NCBI GenBank assembly: GCA_013265495.1
Contig: MU058824.1
Span: forward strand, 1,054,001 to 1,118,000
Length of the DNA stretch: 64,000 nucleotides
Source of the DNA: Vicugna vicugna
Taxonomy: Eukaryota
Reading direction: 5' to 3'
Shown: one piece after another, positions 1-12,988 of the stretch
Layout: each line of letters opens with the position of its first letter
Numbering within the stretch: position 1 is the stretch's first letter
The notes under the pieces: model-generated
What the model was told of the DNA's origin: nothing
The model's database searches: none
The model's input: only the letters and a program-made list of their open reading frames with translations
Program-made: the position numbers and the translations under genes

Positions 1-219
1 ACGGTTATGCAAGTTAAAATCCCAGCTGACAAACACTGAGGTTTTTGTTGATGGTGATGGTGGTGGTGGTGGTGGTTGCCTTGGTTTTCTTTTGGTTTAT
101 TTTTGCCTTTGAAATTTAAAAACATAGTTATGGACCTGGACTTAATGATCCTCAGGTATGAGGTGTCCCCTGGGACCTTGTGCCCACACTGTTACTCTGT
201 CTTCCCATGATGGTTATTA

Positions 220-400
220 CATTATAGGTTATTACAAGATACTGAATATGTTTCCTTGTGCTATACAGTAGGTTCTTGTTGTTTATCTATTCTCTATATA
301 GTAGTATGTATATGTTAATCCCAAACCCTAATTTATCACCCCCCTACTCCTTTCCCCTTTGGTAACCATAGTTTGTTTTCTATGTTTGTGAGTCTATTTC
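220..400 (-). mobile_element. Fragment of a younger L1 3'UTR
   Basis: Closely resembles about 51835-52010 of the L1 elsewhere in this window (CATTATAGG-TATTACAAGATACTGAATAT...GTTTGTTTTCTATG). Confidence 0.75.
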
Positions 401-404
401 CAGT

Positions 405-1110
405 GACCTGCTTTTTAAAGTAATGGTTATGGATATTATTCATTTTATTATTGTGAACATCTTTACATATCTATACATATAAACCTACCTCATTCATTAT
501 AGGGCCAAGTAGTATTCCATTAAGTAAGTACACATATTTTATTTATATAATCTGCTCTGATTGGATATGTAAGATATTTCCAAGTCCTTCTAAAACGACA
601 GTGACAATTCTATTGCATATGTGCATTTGTGTGCACTTCTGTTAGCATTCTCTAGAATATGTGAATATCTCTTCCTTCACTATTTAGTGTAATAAACAGA
701 TTAGAACCTTTTTGCATACATCTCTGTGCAAAAGTGTAGTATTTCTAAGAATATAGCCTTTGAAGCAGAATTGCTGGGTCAAAGGGGATGAATATTTTTT
801 TAAATTTTACTGCTAAATTGCCTCCTAAAGATCTTACCAATTTATATACTCTCACCAGTGAGCACTCAGATTGAAAAAAAAAAACAGAAACAAAAAAAAC
901 AAGAATTACTGAGTCAACTTTTTTTCAGGCCCTTTCTACAAATTGGCAAATTGCCTTCCAGAAAGCTTCTACCATTTTACACTCTATCAGCAATAAATGA
1001 AAACACTCATTTAATGCCCTAGCCAACACTAAGTATTATTAACTTTAAATTCTAACCAAGTTTAATGTGTAAGCAATTATAAATCATAATTTTAGTTCAT
1101 TTTTATCATA
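405..1110 (-). mobile_element. Old degraded L1M fragments
   Basis: Motifs GAATTGCTGGGTCAAAGGG and CAAATTGCCTTCCAGAAAG typical of antisense L1 ORF2 3' end. Confidence 0.6.
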
Positions 1111-1339
1111 AAGGAAAAACAGAACAGACTTTGTTTCTTTCAAAATTTTAATTAAGCCTCTCTCATATTCCAGGCATTCTTCTGGGGGCTAAAGATGGGA
1201 CAGTAAACAAGACAAGCCCAACTGCTGTCATGTACCTAACGGAGAGGTACATTTAACACATAATGAACAAATTTCCAATTGTTAGTTCTATAATAAGCAC
1301 TTAGTAGCACTTAGTGTTTATCAGCCCCTTCTAAAGTAA

Positions 1340-1530
1340 AGCACTAAGAACTTGTTTGATCCTCACAACAATTCTCTGGGGTAGGTACTATCATTACCCC
1401 CATTTTACAGATGAGGAAACTGAGTCACCAAGCGGTCAAGTAATTTGCCCAAGGTCATACAACAAAGTAGCAAAGGCAAAATTCAGACCCAGACAGCCCA
1501 GCTTCACTGCCCTTAACCACTACCATACTG
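1340..1530 (-). mobile_element. MIR SINE
   Basis: Core CCCCATTTTACAGATGAGGAAACTGAG...TTGCCCAAGGTCA. Confidence 0.85.
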
Positions 1531-2749
1531 CCATCCCTCTCCTCTGTTGAAGGGCAGAGTACAGGCTGTGCTGAGACACTGAAAAGAATGGAAAGAAGAT
1601 AGAGGAAAACAGAAAAATTAAAATATGGGATTCAAGTAAAGGGTCAGAAATGGAAGTTCATTTTGATCAGGGGTATTACCATGAGGTATTGAACTGTATC
1701 TTTCCTTTTTTCAGAGGAGTCAGTGCAAATGACACGTGGCAAAAACCAGCAGATCACACACTCATCAGACAATAAACCTGGAACAGTCTAAATGCAGAGG
1801 AAAGGAATGGTCTAAATTCTCCTGCTATGAGGTAGCAGAGGAGGGAAGAAGGAAGCTGCCTCTGCCTTCCTAGACCTCCAGGAATGGAAAATATAAAGGG
1901 CTCAATCCTAGCAGCATTTGAATCTGAACAGATGAAGAGAAAACAGAAACGTACTTTTCCTGGGCTTCTGGCCAAGTGATCTCCCTCTCAGCTTAGCCTG
2001 AGGCTACCGCCCCCGCTGGCAGGACCTGCGGTTTTGCAGACCTTGGGGTGACACTCGCGTGGGCTGCAGCGCCATCTAGCAGATGTGATGGTGAAATGGC
2101 ACCAGAACCACTCGGATACTCTGGAGTCCTTCGAAAGACAAGTACCCACACGGTGCTAAGTGCTGGGGTTGCCGTGTTGAACAAACAGGACTCTGCCCTT
2201 GAGAAGGCCACCGTCCATCTGGGGAGACCATGGCATGTTTTTGAGCAGAGATGTGTGCAAGTGTTTAGAGAACCGGGGGTAAAGAACCTAACCTTCTCGG
2301 GGGTTCAGGGAATGCTACACAGAGGAAGCAATATTCAAACCAGCTCTCAAAAGATGAGGGATTATTTGTCAAGTGATAGAAGATAAAAGAAACTTCCAGG
2401 CAATGCGACCAGAGGGTCAAAGGCCCAGAGATGTGAAAGAGTTTAGTGCATTCAGGGAAGTTTGAAACATTCAAAAGGCAAACCAATGGCAACTTTACAG
2501 ACCAGCTCATTCCTTGTTTTATGGATGAAATTACAGAGATTCAGGCAAGGAGGGGACCTCATACAGATTCACACCCCAAGTTAGGAGAGTCCACACTGGA
2601 AACCGCATCTTCAGACTACGGGAGAACAAGGCCTGCCACCAGCTCTCTGGACAAGGTCATGGTCACCTGGCAGGGCCCTGTGGGAAGGCTGAGCACATGG
2701 AAGTTAGACCTTGATCTCAAGAAGACCTGCTTGCAATCCACCTCCACCC

Positions 2750-2920
2750 ACAGCTAGGTGAGTTTTGTCAAGTTACTTATTATTTTAAAGTCTCAGTTTC
2801 CTTATCTGTCAGATGGAAATCATCATAGATAGCCCTTACCTCATATGCTTGTTGTGAGACTGGAAAAAGTTAATCTGTGTTAAGTACTTGGCATGATACT
2901 CAGTATGTGCTCAATGCTCA
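2750..2920 (+). mobile_element. MIR SINE
   Basis: CTCAGTTTCCTTATCTGTCAGATGG core. Confidence 0.7.
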
Positions 2921-4199
2921 GAAATCAGATAGTTAAGCCTACAACTTAAATACTGTCGCTCTTTGTTGTAATATTATGATATTTTTCTTCCTTGGAAACA
3001 TTTATTATTAATTGATTGTTTATTAGTTATTATTTTTACTGATTCTTATGAAGTACTGAGAACTTACTGAAGGAACTGGGGCTCTTCTGTCTGGATAAGA
3101 AAAAACACAGAAGCCACAGTCCTGTTTTCAAATCTGGAAAGATTGTGCTGGAACAGAAGGAGTGGAGATCATCTGAGGGACCCCAGGGGGCAAAGCCAGG
3201 TACAGTGGTTGAGAGCTGCAGGAAGGCAGATTTTGGTTTATTGTAAAGAACGTTCCTACCTTTCAAGAGGCCCTGGGCGGAAGGTATTTACTTGTTCTTG
3301 GAAATGTTCAGTCTGAGACCAGATGACCATTGGTCAGGGCCATGCTCCACCTTGCAGAGAGCAGGAAGTCATCTAGTCCATTTCACTATCTGATGCCTTA
3401 AATGTCTAATTGAGCTCTGTTTTCTAGGGGAATATGATTTGGTAGGTCATCTGGGAAGACAGCTGTCTATGTTTATAAATTTCAAAGTCATGAGCAATGC
3501 TCAAAGAAGTCAGGATCCAAAATGCATAACCTTGTTTTTTAGAGTAATTCATTAGATTGTAGCTGGAAATGTGAGGAAGAGGCTAAGATGCCCGTGTCAG
3601 CCTGGAGACAAGGGGAACGGGCCAGAGGAACAGAAGGCAGCTCAGCCTTATTCCCCAAGTGCTGCCTGGGGATTGTGTCTTCATTCTGAGAAAATGGGAA
3701 GGGCTCTCACAGTCCTGATAGCCATATGGAGTGTGGAGGTATCGTCTTAAAATCATTAAATAACACAACACATCAAAAGCTCACTATTCAAACATTTATG
3801 CAAGGTCTGCTGTGTGCAAACACTTGCAGTGTAAAAGTGAATCCAAAAACCAGAGTCTAGATGAAGCTAGGAGGGGTATAGTCTAGGAAGATAATAAGAT
3901 GCGGCACAGAATAACTTCAATCCGCAGTGGAAAGGCCTAGTGTTATCAGACAGACTCGTGGGGTCACATGACTCTCACAAGAGGCAGCAGCGAAGGAAGC
4001 GACGTTTGAGCTGAGCCTTCAATAAAGTGTAGGATTTGAACCCAAAATGATGGGGAGGAAGAGCTTCTCAGGGGAAACAGCAGTATGGGCAAAAATGTGG
4101 GGGTGCCTAAAAGCATGGGCTTGGGGAGTGAATAAAGCCTCATCGTGGGTGGAGCTTAGGGAGTGTAAGGGATGGTGCAGGTTATAAGATCAGAGAAGT

Positions 4200-4725
4200 C
4201 ATCATGCAGCAGTTCCACTCCCGGATATGTACCCAAGAGAACTGAAAACATGCCTCCACATAAAAAACCTGTTCACTAATGCGCATGGTCATATTACTCA
4301 CAATGGCCGAAAGATGGAAACAATCCAAATAATATGTAGTATATCCATACAATGGAATGTTATTCAGTGTTCAGCAATAAAAATGAACGAAATAGTGACA
4401 CATGCTACAGCATGGATGAGCCTTGGAAATGTGCTAAATGAAAAGAGCCGGGCACAGGAAAACACGTATCGTATGATTCCATTTACATTAAAAGCCCAGT
4501 ATAGGCAAATCCATAGAGATAGAAAGACTGGTGATTGCCAAGGGCCAGGGTGGGGTTAGGAATTGGTGGCTATAGGGTAGGGGTTTCTTTTGAGGATGAT
4601 AAAAATGTTCTAAAATTGGTTATGGTGATGGTTCCACAGCTCCATGAATATTCTAAAAACCACTGAATTGTACCCTCTAAGTGGGTGAATTATGTGATAT
4701 GTGAACTGTATGTTAATAAGGCTGT
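4200..4725 (+). mobile_element. L1M (L1MB/L1MC-like) 3' end
   Basis: ORF2 C-terminal remnant (YPRELKT...) followed by a typical L1M 3'UTR (CATGGATGAGCCTTGG, GATGATAAAAATGTTCTAAAATTG). Confidence 0.85.
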
Positions 4726-6482
4726 AACAAACAAACAAACCGGTCCTTTCCAGAGTCAGCATGAGAATCAGTGGGCTAGACCATGGAGACCAACTAGTCC
4801 AACATCCCCTCCATGGTACAAAAGGGGACATTAAGGCCCAGACAAGGGAAGGATTCACCCAGGGTCTCACAGTCAGTCAGTAACAGAGCTGGGATTAGAA
4901 CATATGGCTCTGCCTGCTGCCTCAGTGTCCCTCCTGGAGCCTGGTGCTATTCTTGCTTTTCTACTCCTTGCAACACATCCCTCAAGCAGAATTCATAGCC
5001 ATGATTGCCTGAGAGTATACCTAAAGAAACAGGGAAGAGCAGCAGAATCAGATTTGTTTCCTAACTCAGGGTTGGAAGAAAGGACGTAAATAAGATTTCT
5101 GTCTCCTTTGTAATATTCTCACCAGTCATCCAGCAACTTTTGAACATCCTGCATAACAGGGACACTGGTACCTCCAAAATATCCTCCTCCTTCCATCTTT
5201 GAGCAGCTTTTTGGGAACAAAATTCCATCTCGCCTTACTCTCTGTGTAGGGAGAGCTAAGGATCCTACTTCAGCCAGAGCTCTGCGGGAGGCCTTAAAAT
5301 GAACTGCAGTTGTATTTGCATCTCTTTCCCTCACTAGATCAAGTGTTTCTAACAACAGGGGCTGGGTCTGAGTTTATATCCCTATGTCTTGAAATACAAT
5401 CAGACACAGGGAAGGCAGTGCTGAATGTTTGGTGAAGGAATGAGTGACCAAAGAGTGAAACCATAGGACTTGATGCTCTAACCAAGCCCTTCCCCTGGAG
5501 AGTTTCTCTTTCCTTGGTTTCGGTGGTATTACCCAATCTTGATTCTCTGAGCATCTCTGGGGCCCCTCCACTGCCTTCAACCCTGTCTTCTGTCCCTGAA
5601 TGATAGTATTTTTCAAAGGTTAAACTTCAGATTTTCTGGTTCTTCCCACTGTTAGAGAACTCCTCTTCTCTCTCAGCTCACTTGCCACTTGGGTGAACGT
5701 GGGTGGCAATTCTGAGTACCACCAGATATCCCCACTGATCGTCCCTCATCACCACAGATGTCCAAACTGACTCATCATACCAAGAGCAGCGCCCTCCCAA
5801 GGCTTTCTTGCCTCTTATTAGTACCAAATATAGCAGGGAAATATTTTGTTAAATTAACATACATTTTCATTCTCATTTTTATTTTAATGCACAGCCCTTC
5901 TCCCACTAAAACAAAATCGGGAGGCTAAGACATTCAGGACTTATTGCCTCACAGCAAATCTGGAATAGCTGAAATGTAAAGGGATAGCAAAGAATCAAAT
6001 TCTTGTCTTTTGAAGTGGGCTTTTGAAATTTATAGCAAGAAGAGCCTTGAAATCCAAGATTCTGGTTTGGAAGAGCCAAACTTTTTCATATAGACTAGAG
6101 CTCTAAGCTCTAGAAGCATGGTTTGAGGCATAAAAAGCAGAGTTTGAGGAATTGAGACTTTAAATTACAACCATTCATGGATTTTTTTTTTCTCCCTTTA
6201 AATATCAGCTCAGCTACTCCCACATCTTCACTCCTTCCCACCTACCCTGCTCAAGGCTGAGCCCTCCCAAGTCCAGGCCTGGGATATTGTAACTACTCCT
6301 TACCCAGCACAATGGCTCTACCTCATGCTCCCTGGTCCATCTTACACAGCCTACCACAGTGGTCCTTCCAGAACCCTACCTCAGACCTTTCCATTGTCTC
6401 CTCTTTGCCCTCTAGAAACAATTTACATCAATTCAACAAATACTTACTGAACACCTGCTAGATACTAGACATTGTGCTGGAT

Positions 6483-6706
6483 TGGGGTCAACCAGTTAAA
6501 ACCCAAAAGCCAAATCAGGCCTACCGACTGTTTTTGTCAATAAAGTTTTATTGGAACACACCCCCACTCACTCATTTACCTATTGTCTTTGGAGGCTTTT
6601 GTGCTAAGAGGGCAGGGTCAAGTAGATGTGACAGAAGGAGTGTGGCCTAAAAAGCCTCAAATATTCACTACCAGGCCCTTTACAGGAAATGTTTAACTGA
6701 CTCACA
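6483..6706 (+). mobile_element. MER58A-like hAT-Charlie DNA transposon inserted into an L2 fragment
   Basis: TGTTTTTGTCAATAAAGTTTTATTGGAACAC...GGCCCTTTACAG. Candidate 8-bp TSD TGCTGGAT/TGCTAGAT. L2 3'-end sequence (ATTCAACAAATACTTACTGA) flanks it. Confidence 0.85.
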
Positions 6707-9700
6707 TGCTAGATGCTGAGAATTCCACAGTGGGTGAAATAGACATGGTCCTCTGCTGCTTACAGACCAAGGTGTTCCACTTCGTCCCCTGCCTCCCACC
6801 ACCCTCTCTCCAAGTCCCCTGAGAGTACACCAGTTCCTAGATTTGGGAATCCATAGATCAATACAGACAATTTTTTAAATCACAGAGGATTGACACAGGA
6901 TTATCAGACAGGTACACTTTTTAAAACCAACTACCATGTAATAAATACTACAATCATTTTATAAAAAGAATACATTTTAACATTAAAAAGCAGCAAGGAT
7001 TCCTCTAAAAATAAAAAATAATTCCACAAGCTACATGAGTTTTACACAATTCATTCTATGGGCTTTACTTTCCCCATTGCTCTGAATGATGACCATTCTT
7101 CACGAATCATCACAAGTCTGTGAGCAGGCACATAGAAACCTTTGATGTAGTCTAGACAAACTGGTTTACTTGTATTACCCAAACTGGCTATGACTTTCCC
7201 TGTGCAATTTTGCATCCAGAAAGCTCTTCCTCTTTTTCCCCTGCTCATTCTTCAAAGCCCAGCTCATCAGCAGGAGGAGCCTAAGCTTCCCCCCAGCAGC
7301 AGTCTGAAGCCCCAGCTGTTCAAAGGAGCGCCCAGGCTGTGGGCGGCGCGGATGAGTGATAGGCTGGGGTAGCTGTGTCAGCCACAGAGCCAGGTGACAG
7401 GATCGCTCTTCTGCTGGCACATGCAGGTAAACCCATTTGACACAGGCATGCTGACAGCTCCACGGTGAAGGTTCCCATCCAAATGCCTGAGAGGTGAACA
7501 CCAGCTTCCTGACAAGTCTCTCACGTGACTCGGGTGCCCTGAGGGCCCAGGCAGCGGCCAGCTCCCAATCAGCAGGTGGTGGTGGCAGAGGCTGAGAGAG
7601 GTCGCCTTACTGGCAGGCAGCCCCAGAATACTGGGTACTTACTGCTCACATGAAGCTTCTGGAATCCCCTTATATGATCCCGAGGTCTGTGGAAAATAAA
7701 TTATGACTCTACAATGAAGATAATCCCAGCAAGGCCTGGTGCCAAGCATACTTTTCTGCCTGACTTTCCTTCAGGGACATTCTCCAGACACCCCTGCTGA
7801 CCCAGCACCTCCTCCCTCCCCGATGTGTGTGTTTGCTTGTGCGATCACTCTTGCAACCCCTCCACCGTCGGTGAGATATGAACAGTAAGCGTCCTGTCTC
7901 TTTTTACCAGCAAGGGTGAGACAGCATTTCTCAACTGCTCCCCACACCAGAACTGAGGGTTTTCGTTGTCCTTCTGAGCTGGTTTATGGCCAAGTTGTTT
8001 CGCTTCTCAGTCCATCTAATCCCATTTGTGATACAAACGGGGGGGGGGGGAAGGTTAACTTTCCAAGGGGAAATTAGAGACCCTGAGGCAAAACTGGAAA
8101 GAAGTTTTGAGATCACCTGGCTCAGACACCTCCAACTACAAAGAAGGCAACTGAGGCCCAGACAGGGAAGAGAATTGCTCAACATGCCACCAGGAAAACT
8201 GGAACTAGAAATAGGACCTCCTTGGTCAGTCCAAACATCTTCAACTAGATGCTGCAGTGTCCAGATTGCCACTCCCTATGACCCAGAATGAAAGTAATTT
8301 TCCTTCCAGAAAACGGGAGGATAGGTACCAGCTCAGACTAGGACATGGTGAGGAAAGGGGAGGCTGGGTGAAGAGGGAGAATGTCCTGTGCAGCACATAG
8401 TGACATATCAGACACTCACCCTTCATAGTAACATTTCCACTAAAGGCTGGAGGAACAGGGTCCCTCAATTTTAAATAGACGCCACAAAATTGATTCTCTT
8501 AAGACTTTCATGTTCAACCCAGATGGGGAAGCTGAAGCCCCAAGAAGGGGCAGGAATCAAGTGAAGGTCACACACAGTCAGGTGAAGGGTGGAATTAGGC
8601 GCTTGGCCTCAGAGGGTCTGGTCCAGCTCTCTCCTTGGCGGTGGGTCAGACTATCAGCAATCCCCATCCTGGGGCTGCCGGCCGGTCATAAACTTGGGAC
8701 TTCATCTCAGCTTTCCCTGCAAAAAGTCAGCTGTTCTCTCAGGCCAGTTGGTGCCAGGCTGATATTGCATTCCTCTCCTTGGCCCCCGAGGCAGGGACAC
8801 GCTTTCCCGCAGCCCGATGCCATCCCCTACGGCGTGATTTCTGTGTAGTGGCCAGAGGAACAGCTGGTTCGGGGGCTGGCAGGCTAAGGCTCTGAGTCAG
8901 GCCTGGCTAGCTCCGTGAGGATCACCTGCCTGCCAGGAGGGCTTGGGTTTTACTGCCCTCTGGCCATGTGTCACAGCAGGACATTCTGAACTCGCCCTGT
9001 GACTTGAGGACATGGGTCGGGCTGTCCGGGCAGGTGGGGAAAGTACACTGAAAGCAATCCAGGCAGCACCCCTTTCCTGGGGCTGTCTTCAGGGCCTGCA
9101 GCAGGGAGGCCCTGGTCCCAGCGCCTGCCCTCATGCAAGGGCAAAGGTCTTGACTTTAGAACCCACAGCTCCAGACTGGTCTCCAGCATTGTGGGGCCTG
9201 TCTAAGAAACCAGCAGCCCAGCTCGGCAAAGGGTAGAGTGGAGGGAAGTGCCTTTCTCCAAAGAAAAGAGTCCAGAGCATCCGAAAGTAACACCTTGGCC
9301 CAGATCCCCCTGATCTTGTGGGCTGGAGGACCTCGAAGATCTTCTAGCCCAAGTCCTTCCTGGTGCAGGAAGGAAAATGGAGGCCCAGAGAGGGGAAGGA
9401 GCTTGCCCTAGGTCACACAGCAGCTTAGAGACAGGACGGAAATCCAGCCCTGCTGTCTGGTCCAGTTGTCAGCCCACAAATGCCTTCAGAAAATGGAGGT
9501 GACAGACCTCACTCAGGCCCCCAAAGAGTCTCCAGGAAAGCATCACTAGGAGCTACCAGGTGCCTTCACAGGGTGAGTACTAAGCGTAGTTGCCCTGTAC
9601 AGGGTCAGGCTTGCACAAAGCACGTGTATATGTTGCCTTTTTTAATGTATGTTTAGCAACCTTATAAGTTAAGTGTAATTATTATCATCGTTTACATGAA

Positions 9701-10789
9701 AATGAACCAGGAAGCCCTCACTGGACCCTCTCTAGCCACTCCTTGTCCTTGTTTTCCCCTCACTGTCAAGGCCAGTCAATGGACAGTAAAGCCAGCTATC
9801 TCTAGAGGACCCTGAGAACAGGAGGGAAGGGAGCCAAAACAATTCCATGTAACCAAGGTCTCAAGGACCACAATGTGGACTCTCTGCTAAATACCATTCA
9901 AAACCTCCTCTCTAACCACTGAAGGAGAACAGCCTGGGTATGTCCAGCACTCCCCACAGGGGTCTCACCCTGCAACCATCTGGGTTTACCTGAACTAGAG
10001 CCACCCTGCGAGCACGTGCTGGGAAGAAGCTTGGCCCATGGTAACCCCAGCCCCTCTATTTTTGTTCCATCACACATGCCAGGGGTCTGTTTCCCTCTCC
10101 TCCTCCCCCACCTCCTCCTCCTCTTCCTGCCCTCTGCCCGACAGCCAGCTGCCTGTCCATTTGAGGAAGCTGCAATTAGAGCCCTCTGCATTCTTTCTCC
10201 CTGCCAGCCCGGTGATGCCCTGTTATGGGTGTGCCCTCCCTGTCACTCAGACTCAGCCGATAGGCAAACTGGAACACGTCTGGAGGAGGTGGCCCAGAGA
10301 GGGAGGCCCCTGGAAAAGCAGTGAAGGAGCCTGAAGGCACTGGAGCCATTCAGCCTGAGGAAAAAGAAACTTATGGAAACATCTCTGGTAGGGTGTCAGG
10401 AACAGAGAGAGCATGGCTCCAAAGTACAGAGAGGGAGGATGGTCACACAGGGCAGATTTTAGTTCAAAACATGAAAAAGCTCCTTGACTATCCCAAGACT
10501 GCCCAGGGTACTTCAGATCAAATGGCATGCACATCACACCTGGAGTCGGGGAAGCCCAGATTGGAGCCTCAACCCCCAGCTGAGCTTCAGTGAGCAAGTA
10601 GTCAGCATGCATCATTTCGAAAATGATCTCGTGAAGAATATCTGAGAGTTTCTCAGAACTTCTCGTAACACATCTAAAGGCAAACCTCAAATTCCCCAGG
10701 GAAAAAGAGGCTGAGCCTCCACACCTGCCAGTCTCAGATTCACCCACACACAGAGGCTGTGATCCCATCCAGGGCAGTGGACACAGAGA

Positions 10790-10980
10790 AAGGAGCCCTG
10801 GTCAGGAGCTGGACTAACCTCGGCTTAAGTCCCATCTCTGCATCTTACCATCTTGACCTCTAGCAAGACACTCATCCTGAGTCTCTGAGTCTCAGTCTCC
10901 TTCTCTGTAAAATGGAGCTGTAAACCCCTGCCTGACCTCCCTCATAGGGTTGCGGTAAGGATCAAGTAAGAGAGAAGGAC
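10790..10980 (+). mobile_element. MIR SINE
   Basis: CTCAGTCTCCTTCTCTGTAAAATGG core. Confidence 0.7.
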
Positions 10981-11339
10981 AAGGACCTTGGCGGCTCTAT
11001 GTTACTGTTACAAAAAACAGTGATGTGTTGAGAATTTGTGAGTATAATTATTTTTATCCCAGGAAGGACATGGATGACACAACAACTGCATTCAATGACA
11101 AATGTCCATTCAGCATTCACTGGGCACCTCCTGTGCCAGATTCTGAAGATGCAAGCATAAATAAGACAAAATCCTGTGTCCTCCAAGACAAACTAACTGG
11201 GAAAACAGACATGCAGATTACTCACTATTGCAGAATGTAAGGCACAGAGGCGTATCCAAGTCACGGTGAGAGCACAGAGGAGAGAGTACTCTGTCCAGGG
11301 CCAGGGGAGGTAGCATTTGGATAGAGGCTTAAGAATGAG

Positions 11340-12060
11340 GAGGAACATTTACACATCTAATAACAGACCACCAAGATACATGATGCAAAAACTGACAGAA
11401 TTAAAGGGAGAAATAGACAATTCTACAATAACAGTTGGAAACTTCAATATCCCACTCTCAATAATGGATAGAATAACCATACAGAAGGTAAGTAAGGAAC
11501 TAGAGGACTTATGCAACCAAATAAACCAACTAGATCTAACAGGCATAACTCAGAACACTCTATCCAACAACAGCTAGATATATATTTTTCTTGAGTGCAC
11601 ATGGAATATTCTCCAAGACAGACCATATGTTAGGCCACAAATTATGTCTCAGTAGCCAAAAGGTGGAATCAACCCAAGTGTCTGTCAACAGATGAATGGA
11701 TAAACAAAATGTGATGAATACATGGAATGGAATACTATTCAACTATAAAAAGGGAGGAAATTCTGACACATGCCACAGCATGGATGAATCTTGAAGACAT
11801 GCTAAGTGAAATGTCAGTCACAAAAGAACAGACACTATATGATTCCACCCCTATGAGGTACCTAGAGTAGTCAAATTTATAGAGACAGAAAGTAGAACGA
11901 TGGTTGTTAGGCTGCAGGGAGGGAAAAGGGGAGTTATTATTGAAGTGATGCAGAGTTTCAGTTCTGAAAGATGAAGAGTTCTGGAGATGGACGTGGTGAC
12001 CTGCACAATATATATTTTACCCAATTTTTAAAGATAAATAATTGTTAAAAATAAAAGAAT
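11340..12060 (+). mobile_element. L1MB-like element: ORF2 endonuclease fragment joined to L1 3' end
   Basis: ORF 11317-11577 reads NIYTSNNRPPRYMMQKLTELKGEIDNSTITVGNFNIPLSIMDR (L1 ORF2 APE domain). From about 11650 the sequence is ORF2 C-terminus and 3'UTR. Confidence 0.88.
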
Positions 12061-12934
12061 GAGGAGGGAGTATTCCAAGCAGTCCAGGTGAGGGAGAAAA
12101 GTCTAGACAGCTAGACAGGAAAAAACAGCTTATACAAAAGCACAGACATACAAAAAGAACCGGTGGTTTCTGGAAATAGAGAAGGTGCCCCCAACATGTA
12201 AGACACACAGAGGCAAGGGTAGGCACGATGGGCTGCCCTGCTGGGGAATTTGCATGCCACTCCGTGGACTCTAGGGAAGACACGGTCGCAGCGTGGCTTA
12301 GAGCAGTCAGACTGAGAGGAGCCTGGAGATGATGGACGGGACCACTTCTAGACAGACATTAAAAGGGAAACTGCTTTCCAGACAGCCCCAGCCCCCTAGA
12401 CCTGTGGTCACCCTCTGTGGTCACCAACCCAGTGCTGCAGTGAGTGACTCAGGCCATTTTCCTCACGGGGCCATCAACTGAAGGCAGGAGGGGTTCCGCT
12501 AAAATAATGAATCCAGGAGCAGAGGCATTGGTGGGCGCCCTGTGCATGAATCTCCTCTCTGCCACATCCTTCTCCCTGTACCGTGCAGTCCATTTGGGTG
12601 GCAGCCAAGTGATGATGGGGGCCTGTTTGCCTGCAGGCTCACCCTGTCGTTTTCACCAACTCACAGGGAGGCAAGTTTCACAGCTTGAATGTGCATTTGG
12701 GCATGAGGAGTGGGAGGGGGCTTCTGTGAAGCCTGAATGAAGTGAATTTGGGAAGTCCCAACTTTGCAACTTACAAACTGTGACCTTGAGCAGCCCTGTG
12801 TCTCTATGTGGGTCTCAGCTTGTCCATCTATAAAATGAAGGTGTTAGAGTTAGACCTATAACTCCATTATCATGCCTCTAATGTTAAGAAGGGCAGGACA
12901 TTCCTGGACATGTTTTAGTAATGCAGCAATCAGT

Positions 12935-12988
12935 TATGCGCGTGCGCACACACACACACACACACACACAAACACAAACATACACACA
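12935..12988. repeat. (CA)n microsatellite preceded by TGCGCGTGCG
   Basis: Directly visible alternating purine-pyrimidine tract. Confidence 0.95.

Noticed and set aside
10253..10768. Longest unexplained ORF (171 aa, minus)
   Set aside because: No recognisable domain or exon structure; ORFs of this length can arise by chance in GC-richer DNA.
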